Source: Heteronotia binoei (lineage: Eukaryota). From it: a DNA stretch of 64,000 bases. Below are positions 11,052 through 20,167 of the stretch, piece by piece. How positions within the stretch are numbered: the first letter of the stretch is position 1; every line of letters starts with the position of its first letter. The stretch covers positions 80,910,001 to 80,974,000 of the forward strand of contig NC_083230.1 of assembly GCF_032191835.1 (NCBI RefSeq), given 5' to 3'. The position numbers and the translations under genes are program-made. A model generated the notes under the pieces. The model ran no database searches. It saw nothing but the letters and a program-made list of their open reading frames with translations, and had not been told where the DNA came from.

Positions 11052-12951
11052 CTATGCCACAGGGCCAGAACTGCTTCCTATTGGAGGGCGGCTTCAGTTT
11101 TTTGCAGCTCGATGGGAGGCTTCGGTTGCAGACCAGTGGGTGATCGACACGGTCTCCAAGGGCTACGCCTTGGAACTGGAATTCTTCCCACGTCGGAGGT
11201 TTCGTCCAGTCCTGAGGAAACAGGATCCGCTCAAGCACCTAGGGATGCTGGGTGCTATCCAGCATCTTTTGGACATCAGGGCCATAGAGCCGGTACCCCA
11301 AACTCAGAGGGGTCTCGGGGTGTACTCCATCTTGTTCCTGGTTCCGAAGCAGAATGGCGATACACGGGCCATTCTGGACCTGAAGTGGGTCAACCGTTTT
11401 GTCAAGACCAAAAAGTTCAGGATGGAGACTTTACGTTCCATTCTCTTGGCGGTGCAGGAGCGAGAGTATCTGACGTCAATCGATCTGTCCGAGGCTTATT
11501 TGCACGTGCCCATTCGTCCAAGTCACCGGCGGTTCCTCAGGTTCGCCTACGATGGGAAGCACTTCCAATACCGGGCCTTGCCTTTCGGGCTCAAGTCTTC
11601 CCCGCGAGTGTTCACGAAGATCATGGTGGCATTGGTGGCTCATCTACGGATGGGGGGCGTGGCTCTTCATCCGTACCTGGACGATCTGTTGGTCAGAGCC
11701 GCTTCGCATCAGCAGAGTCTGGAGGACACCGAACGGACAGTGCAGGTGTTGCAGGACCACGGGTTTGTGGTCAACAGAGAAAAAAGCAACCTTGTTCCCA
11801 CGCAAGCGATATTGCATCTGGGTGTCCTGATCGATACTCAGAGGCACAGAGTGTTTTTGTCGGAAGGACGACAGGTGAAGCTCAGGTCCTTGCTGGAGGA
11901 GGTCTTGGCGTTGACACAGGTTCCTGTGATGACTCTAGCGAAGTTGTTAGGGGTGCTGGTTTCTTGCCAGGATGTGCTGTCTTGGGCGCGTTTCCATCTA
12001 CGGCCCCTACAATGTTTTCTGATTCCCTTTCAGCACGTGATAGCTCGCAAGCGGCACAGGCTAGTGATTCTTCCGCCGGAGCTCCGGCGGCAGCTCCAGT
12101 GGTGGTTGGAACCATCCCGTTTTCAAAAGGGGGTCGCGATGAAGGAGCCACAGAGGATAGTGGTGACGACGGATTCCAGCCTTTCCGGATGGGGAGCGCA
12201 TTCTCAAGGGGCGATGTGTCAAGGTCAGTGGTCTCCACTGGAGGCCCGGCAGAGCATCAATCTTTTGGAGCTGCGGGAGATCCGGCTAGGGTTGTTACGC
12301 TTCCAGACTTCGCTACAGGGACGTCACGTGTTGGTAAAGACGGACAATGTGACAGCAAAAGCCTATGTCAATCGACAAGGCGGGGCCAGAATCAAGAAAC
12401 TGTGCAACGAGGCCAACAGTCTGCTAAATTGGGCAGAGAGGTATCTCTTGTCCATAAAGGCGGTGCACGTAGCCGGAAAGGACAACGGGCTGGCGGACTG
12501 GCTCAGCCGGCAGCGGCTGGATCAGACGGAATGGTCTCTGGACACGAGGGTTTTCCAGTCTCTTCAGCGCAGATACGGCAGAGTATCGGTGGACTTGTTT
12601 GCCACTCCGGACAATCGTCAGGTGCGGCGGTTTTTTGCCAAACAGTATCACGATCAGGCGGAGGGCGTGGACGCTCTCAACTGCGACTGGCCGGACGGCC
12701 TGTTGTACGCCTTCCCGCCACTACAACTGATTCCCCGGTTGGTGAACAAAGTTCGTCAACATTCTGCGGAGCTGGTGTTGATAGCCCCCTTCTGGCCGAG
12801 ACGGGGGTGGTTTCAGGATCTACTACGGCTGTCGACGGAAAAGCCTTGGCGTCTCCCAGTGTCCGAGACGTTACTGACGCAAGGGACAGTGCTCCATCCT
12901 CAACCAGACATGCTGCAGTTAACTGCGTGGAGGTTGAGCGGGCGCAGTTAG
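10831..12951 (+). CDS. DIRS ORF2: reverse transcriptase, RNase H and DAM-like methyltransferase domain
   Basis: GGRLQFF..W, RAILDLK, SIDLSEAYLHVP, YRALPFGL, YLDD at 11674-11685; RNase H TTDSS..GWG, INLLEL, TDN, LADWLSR; MT motifs DLFA (12592) and YAFPP (12706). The 10831 start is a TTG; the first ATG is at 11245. Confidence 0.96.
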   Translation: MRGRTRRRFCLLRGRTSSLRSLFSPFGTLRSSLGPRRSSPFEGSGSLAVGIPNPSLAVVTKEIRVTPKREGHNDYATGPELLPIGGRLQFFAARWEASVADQWVIDTVSKGYALELEFFPRRRFRPVLRKQDPLKHLGMLGAIQHLLDIRAIEPVPQTQRGLGVYSILFLVPKQNGDTRAILDLKWVNRFVKTKKFRMETLRSILLAVQEREYLTSIDLSEAYLHVPIRPSHRRFLRFAYDGKHFQYRALPFGLKSSPRVFTKIMVALVAHLRMGGVALHPYLDDLLVRAASHQQSLEDTERTVQVLQDHGFVVNREKSNLVPTQAILHLGVLIDTQRHRVFLSEGRQVKLRSLLEEVLALTQVPVMTLAKLLGVLVSCQDVLSWARFHLRPLQCFLIPFQHVIARKRHRLVILPPELRRQLQWWLEPSRFQKGVAMKEPQRIVVTTDSSLSGWGAHSQGAMCQGQWSPLEARQSINLLELREIRLGLLRFQTSLQGRHVLVKTDNVTAKAYVNRQGGARIKKLCNEANSLLNWAERYLLSIKAVHVAGKDNGLADWLSRQRLDQTEWSLDTRVFQSLQRRYGRVSVDLFATPDNRQVRRFFAKQYHDQAEGVDALNCDWPDGLLYAFPPLQLIPRLVNKVRQHSAELVLIAPFWPRRGWFQDLLRLSTEKPWRLPVSETLLTQGTVLHPQPDMLQLTAWRLSGRS

Positions 12952-13976
12952 TTAGGTTGGGGTTTGACTCCACAGTGATTGACACTATGCTGGCCTCTAG
13001 GAAGGGGTCTACCACTAGGGTGTATAATAACACTTGGCGGGTGTTCTCTCGTTGGTGTGACGAAAGGGGATGGGATCCCTTGAGGTTACCTGTCCGGAAG
13101 CTGTTACTGTTCCTACAGGAGGGCTTGGAAAAAGGGCTGGCCACTAATACTCTTCGTAGACAGGTGGCAGCTATTGCGGCGGTGCGTGGAACTAAAAAAG
13201 GGGGTTCTTTGACACGGCACCCGCATGTTAAGCGTTTTTTAAGGGGGGTGTCCTTGTTAAATCCCCCTACAGCGCATAGGTTTCCTACCTGGAGGTTAAA
13301 CGTGGTGCTGAAGGCGTTGTGCCATGCACCTTTCGAGCCCATGGCCACCTGTAGTCTGAAGGATCTTACTCTTAAAACGTTGTTTTTGGTGGGGATAACT
13401 TCGGCCCGCAGGGTATCTGAGTTACAGGCCCTATCAGTGGATAAAGACCTCTGTACCTTTCACAACGACAGGGTGGTGTTGAGACCTGATCCGACGTTTG
13501 TTCCCAAAGTGAATTCAGTTTTTCACCGTTCTCAGGAGGTGGTCTTACCCTCGTTTTGTCCTAATCCCAAGCACGAGAGGGAAGAGGAATGGCACTGACT
13601 GGACGTAAGACATGCCTTGAGTTTTTATATAAATAGAACCAAGGATTTTCGGAGGTCGGAGTCCTTGTTTGTTTCATTTTCCTCCCCCTCGCTGGGGAAA
13701 CCAGTTTCTCCCTCAACTCTGAGCAGGTGGTTGGGGCAGTGTATTTCTTCTGCTTATGCAGCTTCAGGGTTGGAGCCTCCAGGAGGCGTCATGGCTCACT
13801 CCTTACGGGGGGCGACTACTTCTGCAGTATACAAGTCCTTCTCATACCTAGAAAGCATCTGTAGGGCAGCTACCTGGAGTTCTGTCCATTCATTCACCAG
13901 GCATTATAGGGTGGATAGGTGGGCAGCGGCTGAGGCGGCCTTTGGTCGCAGGGTGTTACAGCAAGTCATACATTGA
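11112..13976 (+). CDS. DIRS ORF3: tyrosine recombinase with a long N-terminal extension overlapping ORF2; interrupted by one in-frame TGA at 13596-13598
   Basis: YR domain from about 12930: ASRKGSTTRVY..W..F, TSARRVSEL (about 13398), HSLR (13797), catalytic Tyr in RHY (13905). 13599-13976 continues in the same frame. Confidence 0.93.
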
Positions 13977-14015
13977 AGGTAGTGGCCCGCCCAGGGTACA
14001 TATTGCTTTTGTATG

Positions 14016-14122
14016 TCCCAACAGTTCAGGACCGTCCCACTACCACGGACCACCGGAGAACGGAAGATTGGAAGCTCTTACCGTGAAGCTTCCTTCTCGG
14101 TGGTCCTGGAGTGGGACGGTCC
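14016..14122 (+). repeat. DIRS internal complementary region (ICR)
   Basis: 14016-14060 is complementary to 8861-8905 (one mismatch); 14061-14122 is complementary to 14448-14509 (perfect). Confidence 0.97.
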
Positions 14123-14350
14123 ATCCCACCCGGTGTGGTACCTTCCTCTAGGCAGATAGCAATGTGAATTAGTCGCGGGAGGTACTGGGGCACTGGGGGC
14201 GAAGGTTTGTTATCTGACTGTTTACCGTTACTTTGGCTGGTTGCAGTTATTAAAATGGAGTTGCATCATGATGGTCTCCGCGTGGTTTGTTCCTATGATG
14301 CAGAGTTTTGTTTTGTAGATTTATGCCGGTGGGGGAGCATGGCTGTTCTA

Positions 14351-14511
14351 TGGACTGAAGGGGTCCTAAGGGAGCGGCCCCTCCCCCGGGCCGGATCAAG
14401 CGATCAATGACCCTGTTCCGGAGGAGGAGCCTACTCCCAACAGTTCAGGACCGTCCCACTCCAGGACCACCGAGAAGGAAGCTTCACGGTAAGAGCTTCC
14501 AATCTTCCGTT
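14351..14511 (+). repeat. DIRS right ITR plus right extension
   Basis: Inverted copy of the left end, followed by an extension that matches the ICR and ends in GTT. Confidence 0.97.
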
Positions 14512-15094
14512 TTCCCAAAGGGAAAAGAAATAAATGAATCCCTTATTATTTAAGCTTTTTTTTAAATAAACATATCTGACTTTGAAAGGAATTAACTTTT
14601 GCTACTTTGAAATAAAAATGGAATCCTAACCAGAGTTAAACCCTAAACAGATTTACACTTTTGTATGCCCATTTCAGTCAATGCGCATACAAAAGTGTAA
14701 ATCTGTTTAGGATTGCACTGTTTATTGTGCAGAAATCCAGCAGCTTGATTGTTCATGAGAAACCTACTCAGATACATAATGGCTGTTTCTTCATGCTGTT
14801 TGTTTCCTTAGTGACTGAGAAAATAAAATACTGTTGCTGTGAAGTGAGAAAATGTTCCTTTTGCTAAAATTTTTCTTTGTGGTAGGGAATAATCTGGATC
14901 CTTAGAGGGTTTGTGAGAGAATTTTTAATTTATGCTCTTCCTTCTGTTCCTTTGGAAGTCAGCAAAAGACACCATGAGTTAACTGTTTCTGTACCTTTCT
15001 ACTGTGCATTCTACCCTGTTCCTGTTTTTCTCCATTTTTGTTGCCTTTTCTTGGGCATGTTTCTTAACAGTCTCCCATTCCCAGCTCTGTAATA

Positions 15095-15223
15095 AAGGTA
15101 AAGGTAGTCCCCTGTGCAAGCATCAGTCATTTTTGACTCTGGGGTGATGGTGCTTTCACAATGTTTTCACGGGAGACTTTTTACGGGGTGGTTTGCCATT
15201 GCCTTCCCCAGTCATCTACACTT
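15095..15223 (-). mobile_element. 5'-truncated tRNA-derived SINE with BovB-like tail (Sauria-type)
   Basis: (ACCTTT)n tail reversed; 7-bp TSD tgtaata at 15088-15094 and 15224-15230. Confidence 0.85.
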
Positions 15224-15232
15224 TGTAATAGA

Positions 15233-15570
15233 CAAGGCTTTTTTGAGCTGGAATGCACAGGAACACACAGGAACACAGTTCTGGCTGTCTTGGCATCTGG
15301 GGGTGTGGACTAATATACAAATAAGTGCCTGCTGGACTTTTTCTACAAAAAAAGCCCTACTTAAAGATAATACATAGCATTAACAATCTCCAGGTGTTGC
15401 CTGGAAATATCATGGAATCACAACTGATGATCCCTTAGACTCAGACTCTTAGACTTTTTTTTTTGAGCAGGAATGCATAGGAACGCAGTTCCGGCTGGCT
15501 TGGCACCAGGGGGTGTGGCCTAATATGCAAATGAGCTTCTCCTGGCCTTTTTCCTACAAAAAAGGCCCTG
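15233..15570. mobile_element. Two CAGGGCTTTTT-family MITEs
   Basis: Homologous to the 7502 and 50476 copies; end in aaaaaagccct. Confidence 0.7.
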
Positions 15571-15769
15571 CTTAGACTACAGATATCAATTCCTCTGGAG
15601 AAAACAGCTGCTTTGGAGGGTGGACTCTGTGGCATTATACTCTGCTGAGGAACCTCTCCAAAGCCTGCCCTCCCCAGACTCCATCCTCCAATATCCATGG
15701 GGACTTGCCAATTTCTACTTTGTTGTGCCATGTTTTATCTTCTTCAGACTTTGCAATCAGTTTGGTTAA

Positions 15770-16772
15770 AAGCAGAGCTTTCCCCCCAAACCAGAGCCCA
15801 CAGGAGAAGAGCTCTGCCTGGCCTGGCCAGGGCTCTGGTTGGCCCAACCCTCCATGTGGCAGCCGCGTGCTCCCAGACCAGGTGAAGTGGCCTAATATGC
15901 AGGGGCGGCCTGACACCCCATGGCGCCCTAGGCAGACTCGCTGCCTGGCACCCCCCTAAGCACCCCCGCTCCTCCCCCCACCATGCCCCCTCCCCCCCAC
16001 ACCTCCTCCTCCCTCCCTTTGGACCCTTCCCCCCCAGTGTCATTTTAAACACCGGAACCAGCTCTAGCACCGTGTTCTGGATCTTTAAAGCCCCCCCTCC
16101 CCAGCCGAACACTCGAAACATGGCTGAAACCGCGCCATGGGGGTGGGGTGCGCTCACCAGCTCTCAGGAAGAGCATGCTGAAAGGATGATCCCTGCTGCT
16201 ACTGACTCCTCTCTTCCATTCAGGAAGTTGGGAAGGGAGGAGTCAGTAGTAACGGGGGTCGTTCTTTCAGCATGCTCTTCCTGAGAGCCGATGAGCACGC
16301 CCTGCCACTGCGGCACTGTTTAGCCATGTTTCAAGTGTTCGGCTGGGGGGGGGGGCCTTTAAAGAGCTGGAATGCAGCACTAGAGCCGGTTCCGGTATTG
16401 AAGATGACATGGGGGGGAGGGGTGGGAAAGGGTCCGAACTCTGAAGGGAGGAGGAGGCACAGCTTGGGGGGAAGGCAGGGGGGGTGCAGAGCCACGGTGG
16501 GGAGGGGGGAAGCATGGAGCCCCGGGGGTGGGGGCAAAGGGAATGGAGGGGTGGGCGGCGGCAGCAATGGTGTCAGGCGGTGGTAGCAGCGGGGGAGGCA
16601 GGCAGGCAAACTAGGTGCTTGCCTGGGGCACTGGGAGAGGGGGTGGGGGAGCCCAATTTGCTGCCCCCACCCTCCCAGCACCCTAGGCAACCGCCTAGTT
16701 TGCCTAGCAGGAGGGCCAGCCCTGCTAATATGCAAATGAGCTCCTGCTGGGCTTTTTCTACAAAAAAGCACT
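15770..16772. mobile_element. GC-rich composite foldback DNA element
   Basis: Inverted repeat 16021-16126 versus 16321-16435; ends with the octamer-MITE terminus. Confidence 0.5.
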
Positions 16773-16825
16773 GGTTAAAAGGTTACTTTTCCCCCTATAA
16801 TTAAGTTACAAAAAAAAAGTACTTG

Positions 16826-17304
16826 TAGAGTTGCCGATCCCCAGTTGGAGGTAGGGGAGCCCCTGGTTTGGAGCCCCTCTCCCATGCTTTAGGGTTATCA
16901 GAAAGCTGGATGGGGGGGAAGGAAATGTCTGCTGGGCACTCCATTATTCCTTATGGAAACCGATTCCCTAGGGTACAATGGATAATTGATCTGGGGCTCT
17001 TTGGGGGCCTGTTCTCTGAGGCAGGGACACCAAATTTGTGGCATAGCATCTGGTGCCTCTCCTCAAAACACCTCCCAAGTTTCAAGAAGATTGGATCAGG
17101 GGGGCCAATTCTATGAGCCCCAAAAGAAGGTGCCCCTATCCTTCATTATTTCCAAATGGAGGGGAGGCATTTAAAATGCATGTGGTCCCTTTATATGTGA
17201 TGTCCAGAACTCCCTTCACAGTTCCATTGTACTTGCCATGCCTTTGCTCCTGGCTCCACCCCCAAAGTCCCCAGATATTTCTTGAGTTGGACCTGGCAAC
17301 CCTA
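16826..17304. mobile_element. hAT-type non-autonomous element (TAGGGTTGCC family)
   Basis: TIR-like ends tagagttgcc / ggcaacccta; body homologous (inverted) to 21951-22458. Confidence 0.75.
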
Positions 17305-18484
17305 ACACAGTGGGATAGGCCAAGCTGGCTGTAGATTTAGACAGTTTGCTGATATTAGTCCCAAGGGACAGGAGATTTAGAGCAACATCTCAGTCTTTTA
17401 AAGGTTGTTTTTGTATTATACAATATTGTTGCAAAGACAGGGGGTTTCCAAAAGAGCAGGGGAGATCTCCCAATGGATTTGGAGTTTGACCCTACTCAGA
17501 GAGGTGCACAGTACAGGGCCCTCCTTCTCCAGCATTCCTCATCAGTACAGAAATTAATACATGATAATCTTTACTCTGAAGTACTATGACAGCTGGAATT
17601 TCTTTGCTGCACTAGTTCAACGCCTGAGTGAGAGGCTTACCTGTACCAGCCAAATTCCAGTTCATTAGTGTTGGTGGACTTTATCTGAACAGTTGGCTCA
17701 GCAAGCGAGATTTCATTTGAAGTAAACATTTAAGTTGATAAGGAATAAACACTACTCCTTGCTCTCCCAAGACTCTTGTGCTTGCTTCCTTTGGCCCCAC
17801 TTCTAGAATACTTGCCTTTCTTTTGCACACAGGGATTTGTGTTGTGTATCCTTATGAACCTTGTTTCTTCTGGCTTCCTGAATTTGTGTTTCTTGAGTTC
17901 ACAGCAGTGTCCTGGGCCATGTGGTACTTCCACACCTACTCACCTCAATGCACTGCTCCCTAGAGTTGCAACCTCACCTTCCCCACATCTGGGGAACCTC
18001 ACCTTCCCCACATCTGACCCTTAGAATGCAGGAAGAGTACCACACATATGCAGGGATCCCTGCGGCCTCCTTCTCCTTCCTGTAGGAGACCACTTTATTG
18101 GTATTAAATTTCTCATTTTAGTTGTTCAGCAAGATTCTTTTTCTCCCAGCTTTATACTGCATTGCTTACTGAATTTATTATAGTATTTGTAGTTCAACGT
18201 TCACTAATTATGAAAACCAGTTTATTGGCTCTTGGATCTCAAATTGTGAAATCTAATTTATGTGATGCACTGTATTGTTTCTATGTCATTGGTCTTTAAT
18301 TGTATAATCCAGTTTTATTGCATTATATACATTTTATATATTGTATTGTGTTAATTGTATTGTCTTTATCACTTGGTAGTCTGCCTTGCTTCTCTGTAAG
18401 AAAGGAGGGTGATAGTTGAAGTAAATAATAAAGTACATCCCTGCTCTCCAAGCTAGAAGTTCTCTTAACTTGCTGTATAACAAA

Positions 18485-18640
18485 GTGGCACCTTTCAGAT
18501 CAAAAGAGTTTTATTCCAGGTTATAAACTTTCATGTGCATGCATACTTTTTCATATTTTAAGAAGTACACAAAAGCTTATATATTGAATAAAACTTTGTT
18601 GGTCTTAAAGGTGCTGCTGGACTCAAACTTTGTTCTGCTG
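18485..18640. mobile_element. Penelope-derived inverted terminal-repeat remnant
   Basis: gcacctt..gttttattc and gaataaaactttgttggtcttaaaggtgctgctggactc arranged as inverted arms. Confidence 0.55.
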
Positions 18641-19575
18641 CTTCAGAGGTTGTCAGCCTCCTGGTGGGGCCTGGAGATCTCCCACTTTTACAACTGATCT
18701 CCAGCTGGCAAAGATCGGCTCCCTTGGAGAAAATGGCTGCTTTGAAGGGTGGACTGTATGGCATTGTACCATGCTGAGGCCCCTCCCCTCACCAAGCCCC
18801 CGTTCTCTCCCAGATCCACCCCCAAAGTCTCCAGGTATTTTCCAACCCCGACCTGGCGCCCCTAGACCAACATGGCTACCCACCTGAATCTAAGTTTTCT
18901 GTATTACAGTTTACTAACACCTACAATTCTGCTTCCAAATTTTCTCCCAAAGTTTTGTGTAGACTCCAACACAAACCTTGATACAGCAAACAGACTTTTT
19001 TCCCACTTAAAAAACCAACAACACAATATTTATTTATTTTTATTTATTTATTTTTCATATTTATATCCCGCCCTGACCGCCGAAGCAGGCTCAGGGCGGC
19101 TAACAACATCATATCATCAACAATAAAATAACTTACAATAGACTTGTAAGTTGGTTACAATTAGCCAGTGACAGAATGTGAATGTCGTTTGTTTTCTTCT
19201 GGAAACATTTCAACTGGAATATGTGACACTGGCTCCATCTAGAGGCAGGAAAAAAGTGATTTTGAAATCTGGGGTGTTTGCTTCTGTTATTTAAAAACAG
19301 TTTAATTTTTATTTCAGTTTAATTTTTCCATTATTTAGGACTTCAAATAAGCTTAAAACATTACTTTATACAACATAAAACAATAACAGTGTAACAAGCT
19401 AAATGATAAAACATATCCAATCAGTCTCTATGAAGGAATATATATAATGTCAACTATACATTTATAAAGTTTCTGTTCATATATTCCCGTTCTTCATATT
19501 TAAGATACAGGTCTGAAATACAAAGGCATAGCATTTAGAATCTGCCAAACCTTGGTTATCTGCTGTAATAGATGG

Positions 19576-19735
19576 AAAGTGCCGTCAAGTCACAGCTTGA
19601 TGTTCAGAGGTGGTTTGTCGTCACATCACAACGCTGGTAATCCTTGAAGGTCTCCCATCCAATTACTAGCCAAGGCTGACCCTGCTTAGCTTCTGAGATC
19701 TGATGAGGTCAGGTTAGCCTGGACTATCTAAGTTA
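19576..19735 (-). mobile_element. 5S rRNA-derived SINE
   Basis: Reverse-complemented 5S internal promoter sequence (ggtctcccatcc, ccctgcttagcttctgagatc). Confidence 0.75.
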
Positions 19736-19952
19736 GTGCATAATAGGCCTGGTGTCTCTAAAAAATGGGGGGATGTCATGTCCATTCATCCTGCCAACCA
19801 CTTGCTACCACATCTTAGACTTGGTTTCACCCACTCAAAGTTTATCCAGTTTCCTCACCCAAGCATTGCCTTTAGCCCATCCAACCTGTTCCTCATTTAG
19901 TATCAATTTCCAGGAAGAAGTCTCACCAGTGGTCTTCTCCCATATACTTAGT

Positions 19953-20167
19953 TAAGGTTGCCAGCTCTGCTTTTGGAAATACCTGCAGATTTGGGGGAGG
20001 GAGCCTGGGGAGGGAGGGGTTTGGAGGGGGAGGGACCTCTGTGGGGTACATACAGTCCACTCTCCCTCCAAAGCAGCCATTTTCTCCAGGAGACCAGATC
20101 TCTGTACTCTTGAGATCAACTGTAACACTGTGAGATTTCCAGTCTCAACCTGGAGTTGGCAACCCTA
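19953..20167. mobile_element. hAT-type MITE (TAGGGTTGCC family)
   Basis: TIR-like ends; internal motif shared with the 18640, 22970, 26277 and 27958 copies. Confidence 0.7.

Larger units (their letters stand above)
8860..14511 (+). mobile_element. Full-length DIRS1-type tyrosine-recombinase retrotransposon (5652 bp)
   Basis: Left and right ITRs, right extension, ICR complementary to both ends, GTT core at both termini, three ORFs with RT, RNase H, MT and YR motifs; CpG-rich relative to the flanks. Confidence 0.98.

Noticed and set aside
11048-11143. ATGA stop-start coupling as the RT initiation mechanism
   Set aside because: The ATG at 11048 is in the third frame and closes after 31 codons.
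10109-13348. Antisense ORFs inside the DIRS (135, 118 and 223 aa)
   Set aside because: Expected by-products of GC-rich, doubly coding sequence; no motifs recognised.
15441-16804. Cluster of 80-146 aa ORFs
   Set aside because: They lie in GC-rich, low-complexity transposon sequence.
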